Below are positions 10,033-21,085 of a DNA stretch of 64,000 nucleotides, piece after piece. A model generated the notes under the pieces. The model was not told the origin of the DNA. It saw only the letters and a list, made by a program, of their open reading frames with translations, and made no database searches. Numbering within the stretch: the first letter of the stretch is position 1; every line of letters begins with the position of its first letter. The translations under genes and the position numbers were made by a program. This stretch comes from a bacterium (GTDB lineage Bacteria; UBA8248; JACPRG01; G963555815), in contig OZ244653.1 of the NCBI GenBank assembly GCA_965218795.1, positions 2,720,001 to 2,784,000 of the forward strand. The letters run 5' to 3'.

Positions 10033-10420
10033 TCAGAATTCTATCACATCCTGTTTAGGCGGGACAGGAGCGGGGCGCAAGCCGAACACCTCAAATTCGA
10101 AGCTCAAACGCGCTCGCAGACCCTCCCGTTTCCAGGCCTCTTCCACGTACAGCACCTCGAATAACCGATAGGTCAGCGGCGCCTTCAGGATATGGCCGAC
10201 CGCATCTTCAACGCGGGCCTTCAAGACCTCGCCGGCGGCATCGGCGTCTTCCTTCGATTCCCAAAGGCTGAAAGCCCCTACTCGCCGGCGTCGTCATCGG
10301 TCATGAAGGTTGCGGATTTGAGTCCCTTCAACGGCTTGTAAACGGCAACGCTCCCTTCGATCTTCGTCTCCACCGTTGATTGCATCCCCGGGCCAAGACA
10401 GAAGCAGAGCGTCCATACAT
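10033..10420 (-). pseudogene. Disrupted ABM/dimeric alpha-beta barrel small protein
   Basis: MYGR / frameshift / LGPGMQSTVE...DDDAGE-TAG(10278)-..FSLWESKEDADAA...YRLFEV. Confidence 0.5.
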
Positions 10421-10590
10421 CGCACGTCTCTCCATTTTCCGGTCTTGCGACCCGAGTGCGCCCCGGTTCACATCCTCGTCCTGCATGATTCAGCGATTCG
10501 AAGCAGAGGTCCTCCGCTTGAACGGCTGCCCGCATGGAATAAGGGAGGATGGGCTGTGAGTAGTGCACGAATTCGCCGCTTCGCGGGCGC

Positions 10591-11181
10591 TCACATATCG
10601 AAAAAGGCGGTTTCCTCGTCGCCCTGCATATGGATGTCAAACTGGTAGACGATCCCGCCCGGTGTTTCCTCGCGCTGCGCAATGAGCGTGCCGCGCCGGT
10701 CTTCGGGAATGGATTGAAGAACCGGGTCCTTCCCGTTCGCCTCGCCCTCATCCGAGAAGTAGATGCGCGTAAAAGCGTGCGTCAGCATCCCCCGCATGAA
10801 TACGATCACGTTGACGTGCGGGGCCTGTTCGGCATCGACGGGGCCGGGCTTGATGGTGTCGAAAATAAACCGGTTCTCCGGGTCCGTACCGGTGCCCATG
10901 CGGCCGAAACCCATGACGCCTGCGTCCCGGTGGCGGGGGTCGCCCGGGTGGGCGTATATGCCCCGCGCATCGGCCTGCCAGATCTCAATCACGGCATCGG
11001 GGATCAATTGTCTCTCGCCGTCGAAAACCTGTCCCTGGATGCGAATGCGTTCGCCCTCGGTTTCCGGATCGACCAGGACGGATTCGACGGTGGCCTTGAA
11101 CGGGTAGCCGTATTGTTCCGGCGTCAATCCATACGCGAAGAAAGGGCCGACGGTTTGCGATGGGGTTTGTTTGAGGACCAT
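10591..11181 (-). CDS. pcaG: Protocatechuate 3,4-dioxygenase alpha subunit
   Basis: QTPSQTVGPFF, EIWQADARG, QAPHVNV, FDIHMQGDEETAFFD. Confidence 0.93.
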   Translation of the reverse strand: MVLKQTPSQTVGPFFAYGLTPEQYGYPFKATVESVLVDPETEGERIRIQGQVFDGERQLIPDAVIEIWQADARGIYAHPGDPRHRDAGVMGFGRMGTGTDPENRFIFDTIKPGPVDAEQAPHVNVIVFMRGMLTHAFTRIYFSDEGEANGKDPVLQSIPEDRRGTLIAQREETPGGIVYQFDIHMQGDEETAFFDM

Positions 11182-11184
11182 GGC

Positions 11185-11880
11185 TCACTTCTCCATCGGT
11201 GTGGCGCTTCGACCGCGGAGGATGAAATCAAACTCATAACCGAGCGCGAATTCCGGCTCGGTCGTGTCGATGGAAAACCCGGCGATGAGCAGTTCGCGGG
11301 CTTCACTGGGCGCGCTTTGAAAAATCGGATCGATGTCAAGCAGGGGGTCGCCGGGGAAGTACATCTGGGTGACGAGCCTCGTGACAAAGCTGTGGCCGAA
11401 GAGTGAAAAATGAATGTGTTGCGGCCGCCAGGCGTTGTGGTGGTTCCGCCAGGGGTAGGCCCCGGGCTTGATCGAGTAAAACTTGTAGCGGCCCTCGCTG
11501 TCGGTCATGCACCGCCCGGCGCCCAGGAAGTTGGGGTCGAGCGGGGCGGGGTGTTGATCGATGGTATGGACGTATCGGCCCGCCGCGTTCGCCTGCCAGA
11601 TTTCGATCAGCGTGTCGGGCACGGGTTTGCCGTCCTCCTCCAGAACTCGCCCCGTCACGATGATGCGCTCGCCCATGGGCTCGCCGTTCTTTGCGGCATT
11701 CCTGGTCAGATCGTTGTCGAGCGGCCTAACCGAATCATGGCCGTAAACAGGGCCCGTCATTTCCGACAGGGTCTGTTGGTTGGGGATGAGCGGCTTCTGG
11801 GGGCCGCGCAACGCCGTAGACTTGTAGTCGGGATAGATATAGGGGGGTTGGGTGCCCCAATCTCTTGGATTGACGCTCAT
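11185..11880 (-). CDS. pcaH: Protocatechuate 3,4-dioxygenase beta subunit
   Basis: EIWQANAAGRY, KPGAYPW, WRPQHIHFSLFG (Fe ligands Tyr, Tyr, His, His), TQMYFPGDPL. Confidence 0.95.
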   Translation of the reverse strand: MSVNPRDWGTQPPYIYPDYKSTALRGPQKPLIPNQQTLSEMTGPVYGHDSVRPLDNDLTRNAAKNGEPMGERIIVTGRVLEEDGKPVPDTLIEIWQANAAGRYVHTIDQHPAPLDPNFLGAGRCMTDSEGRYKFYSIKPGAYPWRNHHNAWRPQHIHFSLFGHSFVTRLVTQMYFPGDPLLDIDPIFQSAPSEARELLIAGFSIDTTEPEFALGYEFDFILRGRSATPMEK

Positions 11881-12264
11881 CGGTTTGAATCCTCCTGCGC
11901 CTTCATCGATGCATCGGTTTCTACCAACGGTTTGACGCCTCTTGCGGGCCGCCGGAACGATTGCGGCAAGCGCAACCTGCCAAACTGCTTTTCGAGTGTT
12001 TTCTTTCAGGCGTCCCAACGGATGGCGGGATGCGTTTTTCATAAGGTTTGGTTCAGGGATCCGCCAAGGTCCTTGCCTCCCCTTCTGCATCCTTAGTGTA
12101 TCATCATCAGGGAGTCTGGCAGGCGAATCCCCGACATGAGCCCGTCATCCATTTCCTTCATTCGAAGCCTCCCTGGTCCGGGAGCCATGCCAACGGGGAA
12201 CGATCATGAAACTCGATATCTACACGCACATCTTCCATTTGCGAACATCGGGCGGCGCGATCTG

Positions 12265-14703
12265 ATGCGCCTGTCGTGGAACGAGATTCGCGTCCGCGCC
12301 GCCGCTTTCGCCGGGGAGTGGCGGGAGGCGTCCTACGAGAAGGGCGAGACGCAGAGCTTCTACAACGACTTTTTCGAGATATTCGGGGTCCGGCGCCGAA
12401 CCGTCGCGCGCTACGAAGAGCACGTCAAGCGGCTCGACAACACGCACGGCTACATCGACCTGTTCTGGCCGGGCGTCCTGCTCGTCGAGCAGAAGAGCGC
12501 CGGGCGCGATCTAGACCGCGCCTACGACCAGGCCGGGGCGTATTTCGACGCGCTTCCCGAGCACGACCGCCCGCGATACGTCCTGGTCAGCGACTTCCAA
12601 ACCTTCGAGCTTCACGATCTCGATGAATGGGAGGCCGTAACCTTCCCGCTCACGGACCTGCCCGGCCACGTGGAAGCGTTCGGCTTCATCCTGGGCGTGC
12701 AGCGCCGGACCTTCCGCGACCAGGACCCGGCCAACATCAAGGCCGCCGAGCTGGTCGGGCGGCTGCACGACGCGCTCGACGCGGCGGGCTACCGGGGCCA
12801 CGACCTGGAGCGCTTCCTGGTTCGGATCGTCTTCTGCCTGTTCGCCGACGACACCGGCGTCTTCGAGCCGCGCGACATATTCCTCGACTTCATCGAGACG
12901 CGCACGGGCGAGGACGGGGCCGATCTCGGGCCGTGGCTGGCGCAACTGTTCCAGGTTCTGAATACCCCGGAATCCGACCGCGCCGCGACACTCGATGAAG
13001 ACCTTGTCCGGTTTCCCTATGTCAACGGCGATCTGTTCGACGGGCCGTTGCGCATTCCCTCCTTCGACGCGGCCATGCGCGGGGCGCTGCTGGATGTTTG
13101 CCGGTTCGACTGGTCGAACGTCTCGCCCGCGATATTCGGCGCGCTGTTCCAGTCGGTGATGGAGCCTGCGGAGCGCCGCGCCCAGGGCGCCCACTACACC
13201 ACCGAGCAGAACATCCTCAAGGTCATCGAGCCGCTGTTCATGGACGATCTGCGGGCAGAGTTCGAACGGGTCAGGGCGCGCAAGGACAGCCGCCGCCGGG
13301 CGGAACTGACGGCCTTCCACAAGCGGCTCGGCCGGATGACGTGCTTCGATCCCGCGTGCGGGTGCGGCAACTTCCTCATCATCGCCTACCGTGAACTGCG
13401 CGCGCTGGAAATCGAGGTGCTGAAGGAACTGCATCCCGGCAGGCAGATGGACGCCCTGGCGGACACCCTGTCGCTGCTCGACGTAGACCAGTTCTACGGC
13501 ATCGAGCTTGGGGAATTCCCGGCCCGTATCGCCGAGACCGCGATGTGGATGATGGACCACATCATGAACAACCGGCTCAGCCTGGAGTTCGGGCAGACCT
13601 ATGCGCGCATCCCGCTGCGGACATCCCCGCGCATCCTGAACGGCGACGCGCTGGAGACCGACTGGGCGGACCTTCTGCCGCCGGAGTCGTGCTCCTTCGT
13701 GTTCGGCAATCCGCCCTTCGTGGGCGCGAAGTTCCAGACGACCGAGCAGCGCGCCCAAGTCCGCCGGGTCGCGGCGCTCGGCAAGACGGGCGGCACGCTG
13801 GACTACGTGGCCGCCTGGTTCATCAAGGCGGGAGAGTATGCGAAGGGCAGCCGCGCCCGGATCGGCTTCGTGGCCACCAACTCGATTACCCAGGGTGAGC
13901 AGGCGGCGCAGCTCTGGCCGATCCTGTTCGAGCGCTGCAGGCTGGAGATCGCGTTCGCGCACCGCACCTTCGCCTGGGGTTCGGACGCGCGCGGCAAGGC
14001 CCACGTGCACGTCGTGATCCTCGGTCTGGATCGGAGGGAAAACACGCGGTCGGACAAACGCCTGTTCAGCTATCCCGACGTCAACGGCGATCCGGAGGAA
14101 AGCCGGCACTCCGCGCTCTCGCCCTACCTGTTCGACGCGGGCGGGCTGGCAAACCCGCATATCGTGGTGCGGGAAACCGCCAGCCCGATGAACGGCCTGC
14201 CGAAACTGATTATCGGTTCCAAGCCCATCGACGGGGGCCACTACATTTTCGATGCGGAAGAACGTGCTTCATTTCTGGAAGCGGAGCCGGACGCCGCGTC
14301 CCTCCTGCGCCCCTTCGTCGGCGCGCGCGAATACCTGCAAGGCGGTGAGCGCTGGATTCTTGCCCTTCATGACGCAGCGCCGGACGCGCTGGCGAAGTTG
14401 CCAAGAGTTCGGGAGCGTATCGCTGCTGTCCGCTCATACCGGGAAGCCAGCAAGAGCCGCCCAACGCAAAAGCTCGCCGATACGCCGACGCTCTATCACG
14501 TGAACGTGCTTCCCACCGCGCCGTTCCTGGTCGTACCCAAGGTGAGTTCGGAACGGCGCGAGTACGTGCCGGTAGGCTGGCTGGAGCCGCCGGTCATCCC
14601 CAGCGATCTCGTCTTCGTCCTGAAAGGCGCGAACAGGCCGGTCTTCGCCCTGCTCACCTCCGCCATGCACATGGCCTGGATGCGCTATGTCGGCGGACGG
14701 CTA
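12265..14703 (+). pseudogene. MmeI/YeeA-like fused restriction-modification enzyme, truncated by IS630
   Basis: LSWNEIR, IDLFWPGVLLVEQKS, GAHYT, DPACGCGNF (motif I), GNPPF (motif IV); family-like sequence ends at GGRL at the IS boundary. Confidence 0.9.
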
Positions 14704-15789
14704 GTGTACTGTCGCAGAAATTTTTTCACAAAGGCGTTTGATCTTTGCAAGGATGGAATCGGCCGTGGCCGTCCACACAAACGGCTGGGCGTTTTCGTTC
14801 CAGTGGTCGGTGAATCGGTCAATCCGGCGGATCAGTTCTTTCACTTTGTTGAAGGAGCCCCGTCGAATCGCACGTTGCGTGATGATGTGAAACCAGATTT
14901 CCACTTGGTTGAGCCAGGAAGCATACGTCGGCGTGAAGTGGAGTTGAAACCGTGGGTGTCTTGCCAACCATTGCTTGATTTTGGCGTGCTTGTGGGTGGC
15001 GTAGTTGTCGATCACCAAATGAATGTCCAAATCCGGCGGCACCTGCTCCTCGATGTGGCGTAGAAACTGAAGAAATTCCTGATGACGATGGCGGGGCTTA
15101 CACTGCGCCATGACTTCTCCGGTCTGGATGTCCAGCGCGGCAAACAGAGTCGTTGTGCCATGGCGCCTGTAGTCGTGGGTGACCCCTTCCACATAGCCCA
15201 AGCCCAAGGGCAGCAACGGCTGCGTGCGTTCCAGAGCCTGGACCTGGCTCTTCTCGTCCACGCACAGCACCATGGCATGCTCGGGCGGATTCAGGTATAA
15301 CCCCACGATGTCGCGTACTTTCTCCACGAAGAAGGGATCCGTGGAGAGTTTGAAGTGCGCTTGTCGATGGGGCTGCAACCCGAAGGCACGCCAGATGCGA
15401 TGCACCGTATCTTTGGATACACCCGTCGCCTGCGCCATGGAACGCACCGTCCACTGGGTCGCCTCGTTGGGACGCTCTTTGAGTGTCTTGTATACGACCT
15501 CGGCCACTTGCTCATCCTCAATCGATCGCGGCGCTCCAGGCCGCAATTCGTCATACAGGCCGATCAGGCCGCGGTCGAGATACCGCTGGCGCCATTTTCC
15601 CACGGTGGCACGATTCACGCCAAGCGCCTCGCCAACCGCACGATTGGGCTTGCCATCGGCGGCCAACAAGACAATCTGGGCACGGCGCACCAGCCCATGG
15701 GGTAGGCTGCGGGAATGGGCCATAGACTCCAATTGCTGTCGAGCATCATCGCTCAACTCCAAAGCTTTCAGCGGGCGTCCCCGTGGCAT
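14701..15789 (-). CDS. IS630 DDE transposase
   Basis: [43 protein letters not shown]; stop TAG includes the target TA. Confidence 0.95.
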   Translation of the reverse strand: MPRGRPLKALELSDDARQQLESMAHSRSLPHGLVRRAQIVLLAADGKPNRAVGEALGVNRATVGKWRQRYLDRGLIGLYDELRPGAPRSIEDEQVAEVVYKTLKERPNEATQWTVRSMAQATGVSKDTVHRIWRAFGLQPHRQAHFKLSTDPFFVEKVRDIVGLYLNPPEHAMVLCVDEKSQVQALERTQPLLPLGLGYVEGVTHDYRRHGTTTLFAALDIQTGEVMAQCKPRHRHQEFLQFLRHIEEQVPPDLDIHLVIDNYATHKHAKIKQWLARHPRFQLHFTPTYASWLNQVEIWFHIITQRAIRRGSFNKVKELIRRIDRFTDHWNENAQPFVWTATADSILAKIKRLCEKISATVH

Positions 15790-15872
15790 AGGTTCCTCCT
15801 TGAAAAAGGGGTGATCAGGAAACCTATGCACAAACATGACTTTTGCCTACTTATTCTTGAGACGAAACACTA
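14702..15872 (-). mobile_element. IS630-family insertion sequence
   Basis: Imperfect IRs TAGTGTACTGTCGCAGAAAT / TAGTGTTTCGTCTCAAGAAT; CTAG at both ends. Confidence 0.92.
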
Positions 15873-16202
15873 GCCGCTCCAGGTCCATTGGGATTTGGAA
15901 ATCCTAGAATTTGCGTTCAAGTCAAATCTTCTGACGGTCCCGTCGATTCGCCTACTCTGAATCAACTCATTGGAGCAATGCATAATGTCCAAGCAGACCA
16001 AGGGTTGTTGGTTTCATGGGGAGGTTTCAAAAGTTCAATCGATAAGGATATGGCGCAACACTTTTTTAAGGTTCGCCTTTGGGATCGGGATGCGATTATC
16101 AACGAACTTTTCGACCACTATGACAAACTCGATGAGGACTTACGAGCGGAGATTCCACTAAAACGGCTTTGGGCTGTCGCAATGCAAGAAGAGAGTTCAT
16201 AG
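15873..16202 (+). pseudogene. C-terminal fragment of Mrr-like restriction endonuclease
   Basis: (L)AAPGPLGFGNPRICVQVKS...GLLVSWGGF...IPLKRLW; N-terminus missing; lower GC. Confidence 0.8.
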
Positions 16203-16293
16203 TGCGCCTCACATGCCATTGGCTTGCCTAAGATGTCTTCTTAACCTTCTTGGCTAACGAATGGATTGATGGTTTCGATATCCCACATAGGGT

Positions 16294-16360
16294 CGTTCGG
16301 TGTCGCGCAGGATGGCAGGGTCGCGCGGACCCTGTATCTCTTCTGACATCGGCCGGGCCG
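16294..16360 (+). repeat. About 65-bp dispersed repeat, copy 1
   Basis: CGTTCGGTGTCGCGCAGGATGGCAGGGTCGCGCGGACCCTGTA...TGACATCGGCCGG; similar to 17978-18042. Confidence 0.75.
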
Positions 16361-16449
16361 TTGCCGTTCACGTGGGCATTGGAATGGCTCCCCTGCGGAA
16401 CGGTCGGGTGGAGAAAGCCCTGGGCCTTCCGGAGCAAATACTACCCTGC

Positions 16450-16595
16450 CCCCAAGGCGGCGCATCGGGGGCAGGGTCTCGTACTTCATGGCCTTTCGGT
16501 CGTAGTCGTTGATGATGTTGACCTGAGGGCATGATGTTGCGGCGACCAGGATGTCCATCTCCGCCAGGAACTCTACGAATTCGCCCGGGCGACCT
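16450..16595 (-). pseudogene. C-terminal remnant of a DUF1989 (urea carboxylase-associated) protein
   Basis: PGEFVEFLAEMDILVAATSCPQ resembles the AGDYIDFLADMDVLAAMSNCPQ tail of the 50410 gene. Confidence 0.6.
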
Positions 16596-16604
16596 CCACT
16601 CCAG

Positions 16605-17639
16605 TTAGGGACAAAGCTTGCAATCGATCGGCTTGGTCCTGGGGAATAGTTTGGGAAGGTACGCGTTCGTGTAAAGCTCCGATACCTTCGGAGCCCGCGG
16701 CGTCTTGAAAAAGTTGACGACCACGTCCCGGGTCTGTTTCATCTTGTCCGCCGAGATATGTCCCAGGCCGTGTTTCTTCCCGTAAGGCGTCAGAATGTGG
16801 TCGATAAAAACCTTGAACTGTGCCAAAGCGACATTGTAAGACGCTTCAGGGTGGGTTTTTACAAAGTCCCGGACGGCCTTTTCCGGATTCTCAATCCCCC
16901 AGGCCAAAGCCTGATAGGATGCCCCGATAAAGCGTCGAACATAATCCGGTCGACTCTTGATCAGCTTGTCTGTGGCGGCGAAGGCGCCCGAGTAGATGTC
17001 AAAGCCATAGTCGCTGTAAAGCATGACCTTGACCTTCTTGCCCAATTTATCGGCACCGGTCTTCACAGCTGAATAAATGGTATGGAACGTGGTCATCGCG
17101 CTGATCTTTCCGCTCAAGAGAGATGGAACCAGAGAGGCGTGGTCCATCGTGGCCCAGGAAACCTTGTTGTTGTCGATTCCAACTTTCCGGGCGAAAACGG
17201 GGAATATGACCCGGTCCATCGAATAGCTCGTGCCTCCGATGGTTTTCCCTTCGAGATCCTTGGGCGCGTTGACGCCGGATCCCTCCAGGGAATAGGCAAC
17301 GAATAGCGACTTGTCGTGGAACATCCCAAGGGCCTTGGCCATAAGCCCCTTCGCGCGCCGGACAATGAGCTGGTCGGTTTCGGCGATGATAAAATCGGCC
17401 TTGTCGCCGCCCAGGAACTTCAGCGTATCCGCCCCAAATCCGCGCTGAATCTTCACGTCGAGGCCGGCTTTCGCGTAAATTCCCTGGGAGAGCCCGGCGA
17501 ACAGGCCCGAATGTTTCCCATAGGGCACCCAATCAAGGGCGAATCGGACTGAATCGGCTGCGCCGGACGGGAAAGAACTGCACAAGAAAAATCCTGCGGC
17601 AAGGGAAAGCACAGAAGCAATTCGGGTCAGTGTTTTCAT
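16605..17639 (-). CDS. ABC substrate-binding protein, NMT1/THI5-like
   Basis: Signal peptide; VRFALDW, GIYAKAGLDVKI, PKDLEGKTIG, ELYTNAYL. Confidence 0.85.
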   Translation of the reverse strand: MKTLTRIASVLSLAAGFFLCSSFPSGAADSVRFALDWVPYGKHSGLFAGLSQGIYAKAGLDVKIQRGFGADTLKFLGGDKADFIIAETDQLIVRRAKGLMAKALGMFHDKSLFVAYSLEGSGVNAPKDLEGKTIGGTSYSMDRVIFPVFARKVGIDNNKVSWATMDHASLVPSLLSGKISAMTTFHTIYSAVKTGADKLGKKVKVMLYSDYGFDIYSGAFAATDKLIKSRPDYVRRFIGASYQALAWGIENPEKAVRDFVKTHPEASYNVALAQFKVFIDHILTPYGKKHGLGHISADKMKQTRDVVVNFFKTPRAPKVSELYTNAYLPKLFPRTKPIDCKLCP

Positions 17640-17977
17640 CTTCTTGCAAGACCTCCCTTCTGGTCTGGTCGATGCGTTCGATCGGTCCGCCCATTTCAAA
17701 AGAATCTCCTGCTCACCGGGCGCACATAAGCCCCTGACGACTCAGGGAAAAACAAGTGCAATGTTTGGAGCGATCAGAGTTTTCAGAAAGTCCAGAGATA
17801 GCAGATAATGTCTTTAATGTCTACAGACGGTATCGGAATTATTATAGGGACACCATACTTAATGAATCATGGGAGCCCGATACAGTGTTGACAAGTCCCC
17901 CCCAAAATGGCTCAGATGGGCTAACGGCACCCAACGATCAGGTGCAGGCCCGTGCGGATTTGGAACGGAGAATCCCC

Positions 17978-18042
17978 CGTTCGGTGCCGCGCAGGATGGC
18001 AGGGTCGCGGACCCGGTAGCTGTTATGACATCAGCCGGCCCG
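17978..18042 (+). repeat. About 65-bp dispersed repeat, copy 2
   Basis: CGTTCGGTGCCGCGCAGGATGGCAGGGTCGCGGACCCGGTA...TGACATCAGCCGG. Confidence 0.75.
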
Positions 18043-18203
18043 CGAGGCTGCCAGAAACGCTCGGGTCAAGGGATCAGGGATCGACAACCCACTACGATGA
18101 ATCGAGGGAACAGGGAAATGGAATTGTCGGACAGATTTTTCCGTTCACGCATCGGCACGGGGAAATCCGATCCGTTGGTCCTCATGGTTCCCGGGAATCA
18201 ACG

Positions 18204-20483
18204 ATGATGACGGATTTCGACGTGATCGGACGGCCCACGCCGGCCTACGGCTCGGCCGACAAGGTTTGCGGAATGGCCGCCTACCTCGGCGACCTCCGCC
18301 TTCCCCGGATGCTTCACGCCAAGGTTCTCCGAAGCTCGGTCCCGCACGCCCGGATCGAGGGGATCGACACCTCGCGGGCGGCCGCCCTTCCCGGGGTCCG
18401 GGCGGTCCTCACGGGGCGGGACCTGCCCGACATCAAATGGGGCGATATCGTCCATGACCAGCCAACCCTGCCCGTCGACAAGATCCGGTTCGCGGGGGAG
18501 GACCTGGCGGCCGTCGCGGCCGTGGACGAGGCGACGGCCCTGGACGCCCTGGAGCTCATACGGGTCGATTACGAGGAGCTGCCCGCGGTGCTCACCGTGG
18601 AGGAGGCCATGGAGGAGGGCGCGCCCCTGGTGAATGAGGGTGTCCCCGGGAACGTCGTGAAGAATTTCACCATTGTGCGCGGCGACGTGGAGGCCGGATT
18701 CCGGGAGGCGGATGTCGTCCTCGAGGAGACCTACCGCACCCAGCGTCACCACCAGAGCTACATGGAGCCCTTCGGCGCGATGGCCGAAGTGGACCGGGCC
18801 GGCCGCGTCACCCTTCATGCTCCCGTTCAGGGGATCTTCCACACCCGGGAGCACGTGGCGCACGCCCTGGGGATCCCCCAGAGCCAGGTCCGGGTGCACC
18901 AGTCCTGGGTCGGGGGCGCTTTCGGCGGCAAGCAGACCCATCGCCCGCTCCCCATCCTGGCCGCCGCCCTGGCCGAGAAGACCGGGTGCCCCGTCCGTCT
19001 GGTCAACACCCGGCAGGACGAGTTCCAGGGGGGGAGCCCCCGCCTGCCGGTGACGATCCGGCTGAAGGCCGGAGTCCGCAAGGACGGGCGCCTGACGGCC
19101 AAGGAGGGCCGGGTCATCGGGGACGCCGGCGCGTTCGCCTCCATCTCGCCGGCCATCCTGCATACGGCGACCATGCGGATGGACAATCTGTACCGCCTGG
19201 AGAACGTACGGAACGAGGCATCTCTGGTCCACACCAACCACGTGCCCTGCGGTCCCTTCCGGGGATTCGGGACGGTCCAGGGGGCGTTTGGCCTCGAGAG
19301 CATGATGGACGCCCTGGCGGAAGCCATCGGAATGGATCCGGCCGAGATCCGCCGCCGGAATTTCGTCCACACCGGCGATACGACGGTCCACGGGTGGCGG
19401 CTGGGAAGCTGCGGGATCCAGGAATGCCTGGACGCGGTCGTGAAGGCGAGCGGTTGGGAGGCGAGAGAGCGTCAGGCCGGGCCGGGCCGGTTCCGAAGGG
19501 GGTTCGGTCTGGCCGCGGCTACCCACGTCAGCGGAAACCGGCATTACGGGGATCTGGATGCCTCGACCTGTCTGCTGAAGCTCAACCAGGACGGAAAATT
19601 CAATCTCATCTCCGGCGAGGGCGAGCTCGGCCAGGGGGCGATGACGACGTTGTCCCTGTGCGCGGCCGAGGAGCTGGGGATCCCCCTGGAGGACGTGGTC
19701 GTCGGCCCGCCCGACACGGACACGACGCCCTTCGCCATCGGGGGGTACGCGAGCCGGGTGACGATCATCGGCGGAAGCGCCGCCCGCCTGGCCGCGGCCG
19801 ACGCAAAGCGGCAATTGCTCGAGACCGCAGCGGAGATGATGGAGACGCCCCCCGATATGCTGGCGGTGAAGGACGGCTTCGTGTTCGCGGAAGGCGCGCC
19901 GTCCCGCCGGGTCTCTTTCGCCGAGGTGGCCCAAAACGCCCAGTTCCGCCGCAACGGACGGACGATCATCGGCGTCGGAGAGTACGACGCCCCCACCGAG
20001 ATGTACGACCCTGAGACCCGGTACGGCAACATCGCCCCCGGGTACGAATACGCCGTCCAGGTCGCCGAAGTGGAGGTCGACACCGAGACGGGCGCGGTGA
20101 GGGTCTTGCGGATGGTCGTGGCCGATGACGCGGGTCGGGTGATCAACCCGCTGACGGCGGAGGGGCAGGTGGAGGGCGGCGTGGTGATGGGGATCGGGAT
20201 GGCCCTGACGGAAACCATGAAGTACGAGGGCGGGGCGCTCGTCAACGGAAACTTCGGCGATTACAACCTGCCGACAGCCGAATCCGTGCCGCCGGTCGAG
20301 TCCTTTCTGATCGAGGCGGCGGAGCCGAACGGCCCCTATGGGGCCAAGGGCGTGAGCGAGTCGTGCATCGATCCGGTCCCGGCGGCCATCACGAATGCCA
20401 TCCGCGACGCGGTCGGGGTCCGCATCTTCGAGCTTCCCGTGTCATCCGAAAAGATCCTGTCGGCCCTGGGGCGGGCAGGGTAG
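18204..20483 (+). CDS. Xanthine dehydrogenase family molybdopterin-binding large subunit 1 (HcrA/CoxL-like)
   Basis: GGAFGGK, PFRGFG, GQVEGG, GAKGVSE. Confidence 0.92.
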   Translation: MMTDFDVIGRPTPAYGSADKVCGMAAYLGDLRLPRMLHAKVLRSSVPHARIEGIDTSRAAALPGVRAVLTGRDLPDIKWGDIVHDQPTLPVDKIRFAGEDLAAVAAVDEATALDALELIRVDYEELPAVLTVEEAMEEGAPLVNEGVPGNVVKNFTIVRGDVEAGFREADVVLEETYRTQRHHQSYMEPFGAMAEVDRAGRVTLHAPVQGIFHTREHVAHALGIPQSQVRVHQSWVGGAFGGKQTHRPLPILAAALAEKTGCPVRLVNTRQDEFQGGSPRLPVTIRLKAGVRKDGRLTAKEGRVIGDAGAFASISPAILHTATMRMDNLYRLENVRNEASLVHTNHVPCGPFRGFGTVQGAFGLESMMDALAEAIGMDPAEIRRRNFVHTGDTTVHGWRLGSCGIQECLDAVVKASGWEARERQAGPGRFRRGFGLAAATHVSGNRHYGDLDASTCLLKLNQDGKFNLISGEGELGQGAMTTLSLCAAEELGIPLEDVVVGPPDTDTTPFAIGGYASRVTIIGGSAARLAAADAKRQLLETAAEMMETPPDMLAVKDGFVFAEGAPSRRVSFAEVAQNAQFRRNGRTIIGVGEYDAPTEMYDPETRYGNIAPGYEYAVQVAEVEVDTETGAVRVLRMVVADDAGRVINPLTAEGQVEGGVVMGIGMALTETMKYEGGALVNGNFGDYNLPTAESVPPVESFLIEAAEPNGPYGAKGVSESCIDPVPAAITNAIRDAVGVRIFELPVSSEKILSALGRAG

Positions 20484-20680
20484 GCCCTCTCCCGGCCTCG
20501 CTCGGTGTCGGCCCGCCCCCCATCATCTTCCAGTGCGCCGAGGTTGCCGTGTCCGGGGAAGCGTTCACCCTCATCTTGGAGCGGATTGACCGATTACGGC
20601 CGGCGCCTGTCCGGCCATCCTGACCGGAGTCCGCGCGAGGGCGAAATGGCGGCTCCGGTGATCCAGCGGGTCAATGTCGT

Positions 20681-20896
20681 TGACCTTTCCCCGAGTTTAG
20701 GGCCAGGTTGTTTGAGAGTTTTCGGTTTCGATCATAGTGCTCAAGGGCAGCTGAGCGGAGCCCTTGCGTAGCTCAGGCGAAGCTGCCCGTTTTGCCAGCC
20801 AGGATGCCGGCGTTTAGTAGCCGAGGGCCGCATGCGGCCTGGTGGTGTTGTAATGGATCCGTCGGGCTTCGATGACGGCCCGGGCATGGGCTAGGT
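20681..20896 (-). mobile_element. IS3-family 3'-end remnant
   Basis: Minus strand reads LAHARAVIEARRIHYNTTRPHAALGY*TPA; IS3-like end TGACCTTTCCCCGAGTTTAGGGCCAG at 20681. Confidence 0.75.
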
Positions 20897-21085
20897 TGAC
20901 CCGCCGGGGGGCATGGTTTTCCCACGGCGGAGTCCACTCAGGTCAGGCTTTCCGGCGCCCGAAACTGTCTTGACATGTCCCGTAGAGAGGGCTCTAATCG
21001 GGTCAACTGGCAACAAGCGGTTGGTCGCGGGCTGTGCCGGATTTGAAATGGGAATTTCCGGCCAATTTCAAATGGAGGGAGAACG

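Noticed and set aside
10278-10280. In-frame TAG as pyrrolysine readthrough
   Set aside because: The gene also has a frameshift near its start and is not a methylamine methyltransferase; a nonsense mutation is simpler
14704-15063. C-terminal 120 aa of the 975-aa ORF as part of the RM enzyme
   Set aside because: Read-through into the antisense strand of the IS630 transposase
9878-16202. Integrative island at tRNA-Phe
   Set aside because: No integrase and no duplicated tRNA 3' end seen
20619-20947. Large structured ncRNA (6S, RNase P, tmRNA)
   Set aside because: No signature motifs; the interior translates as an IS3 transposase tail
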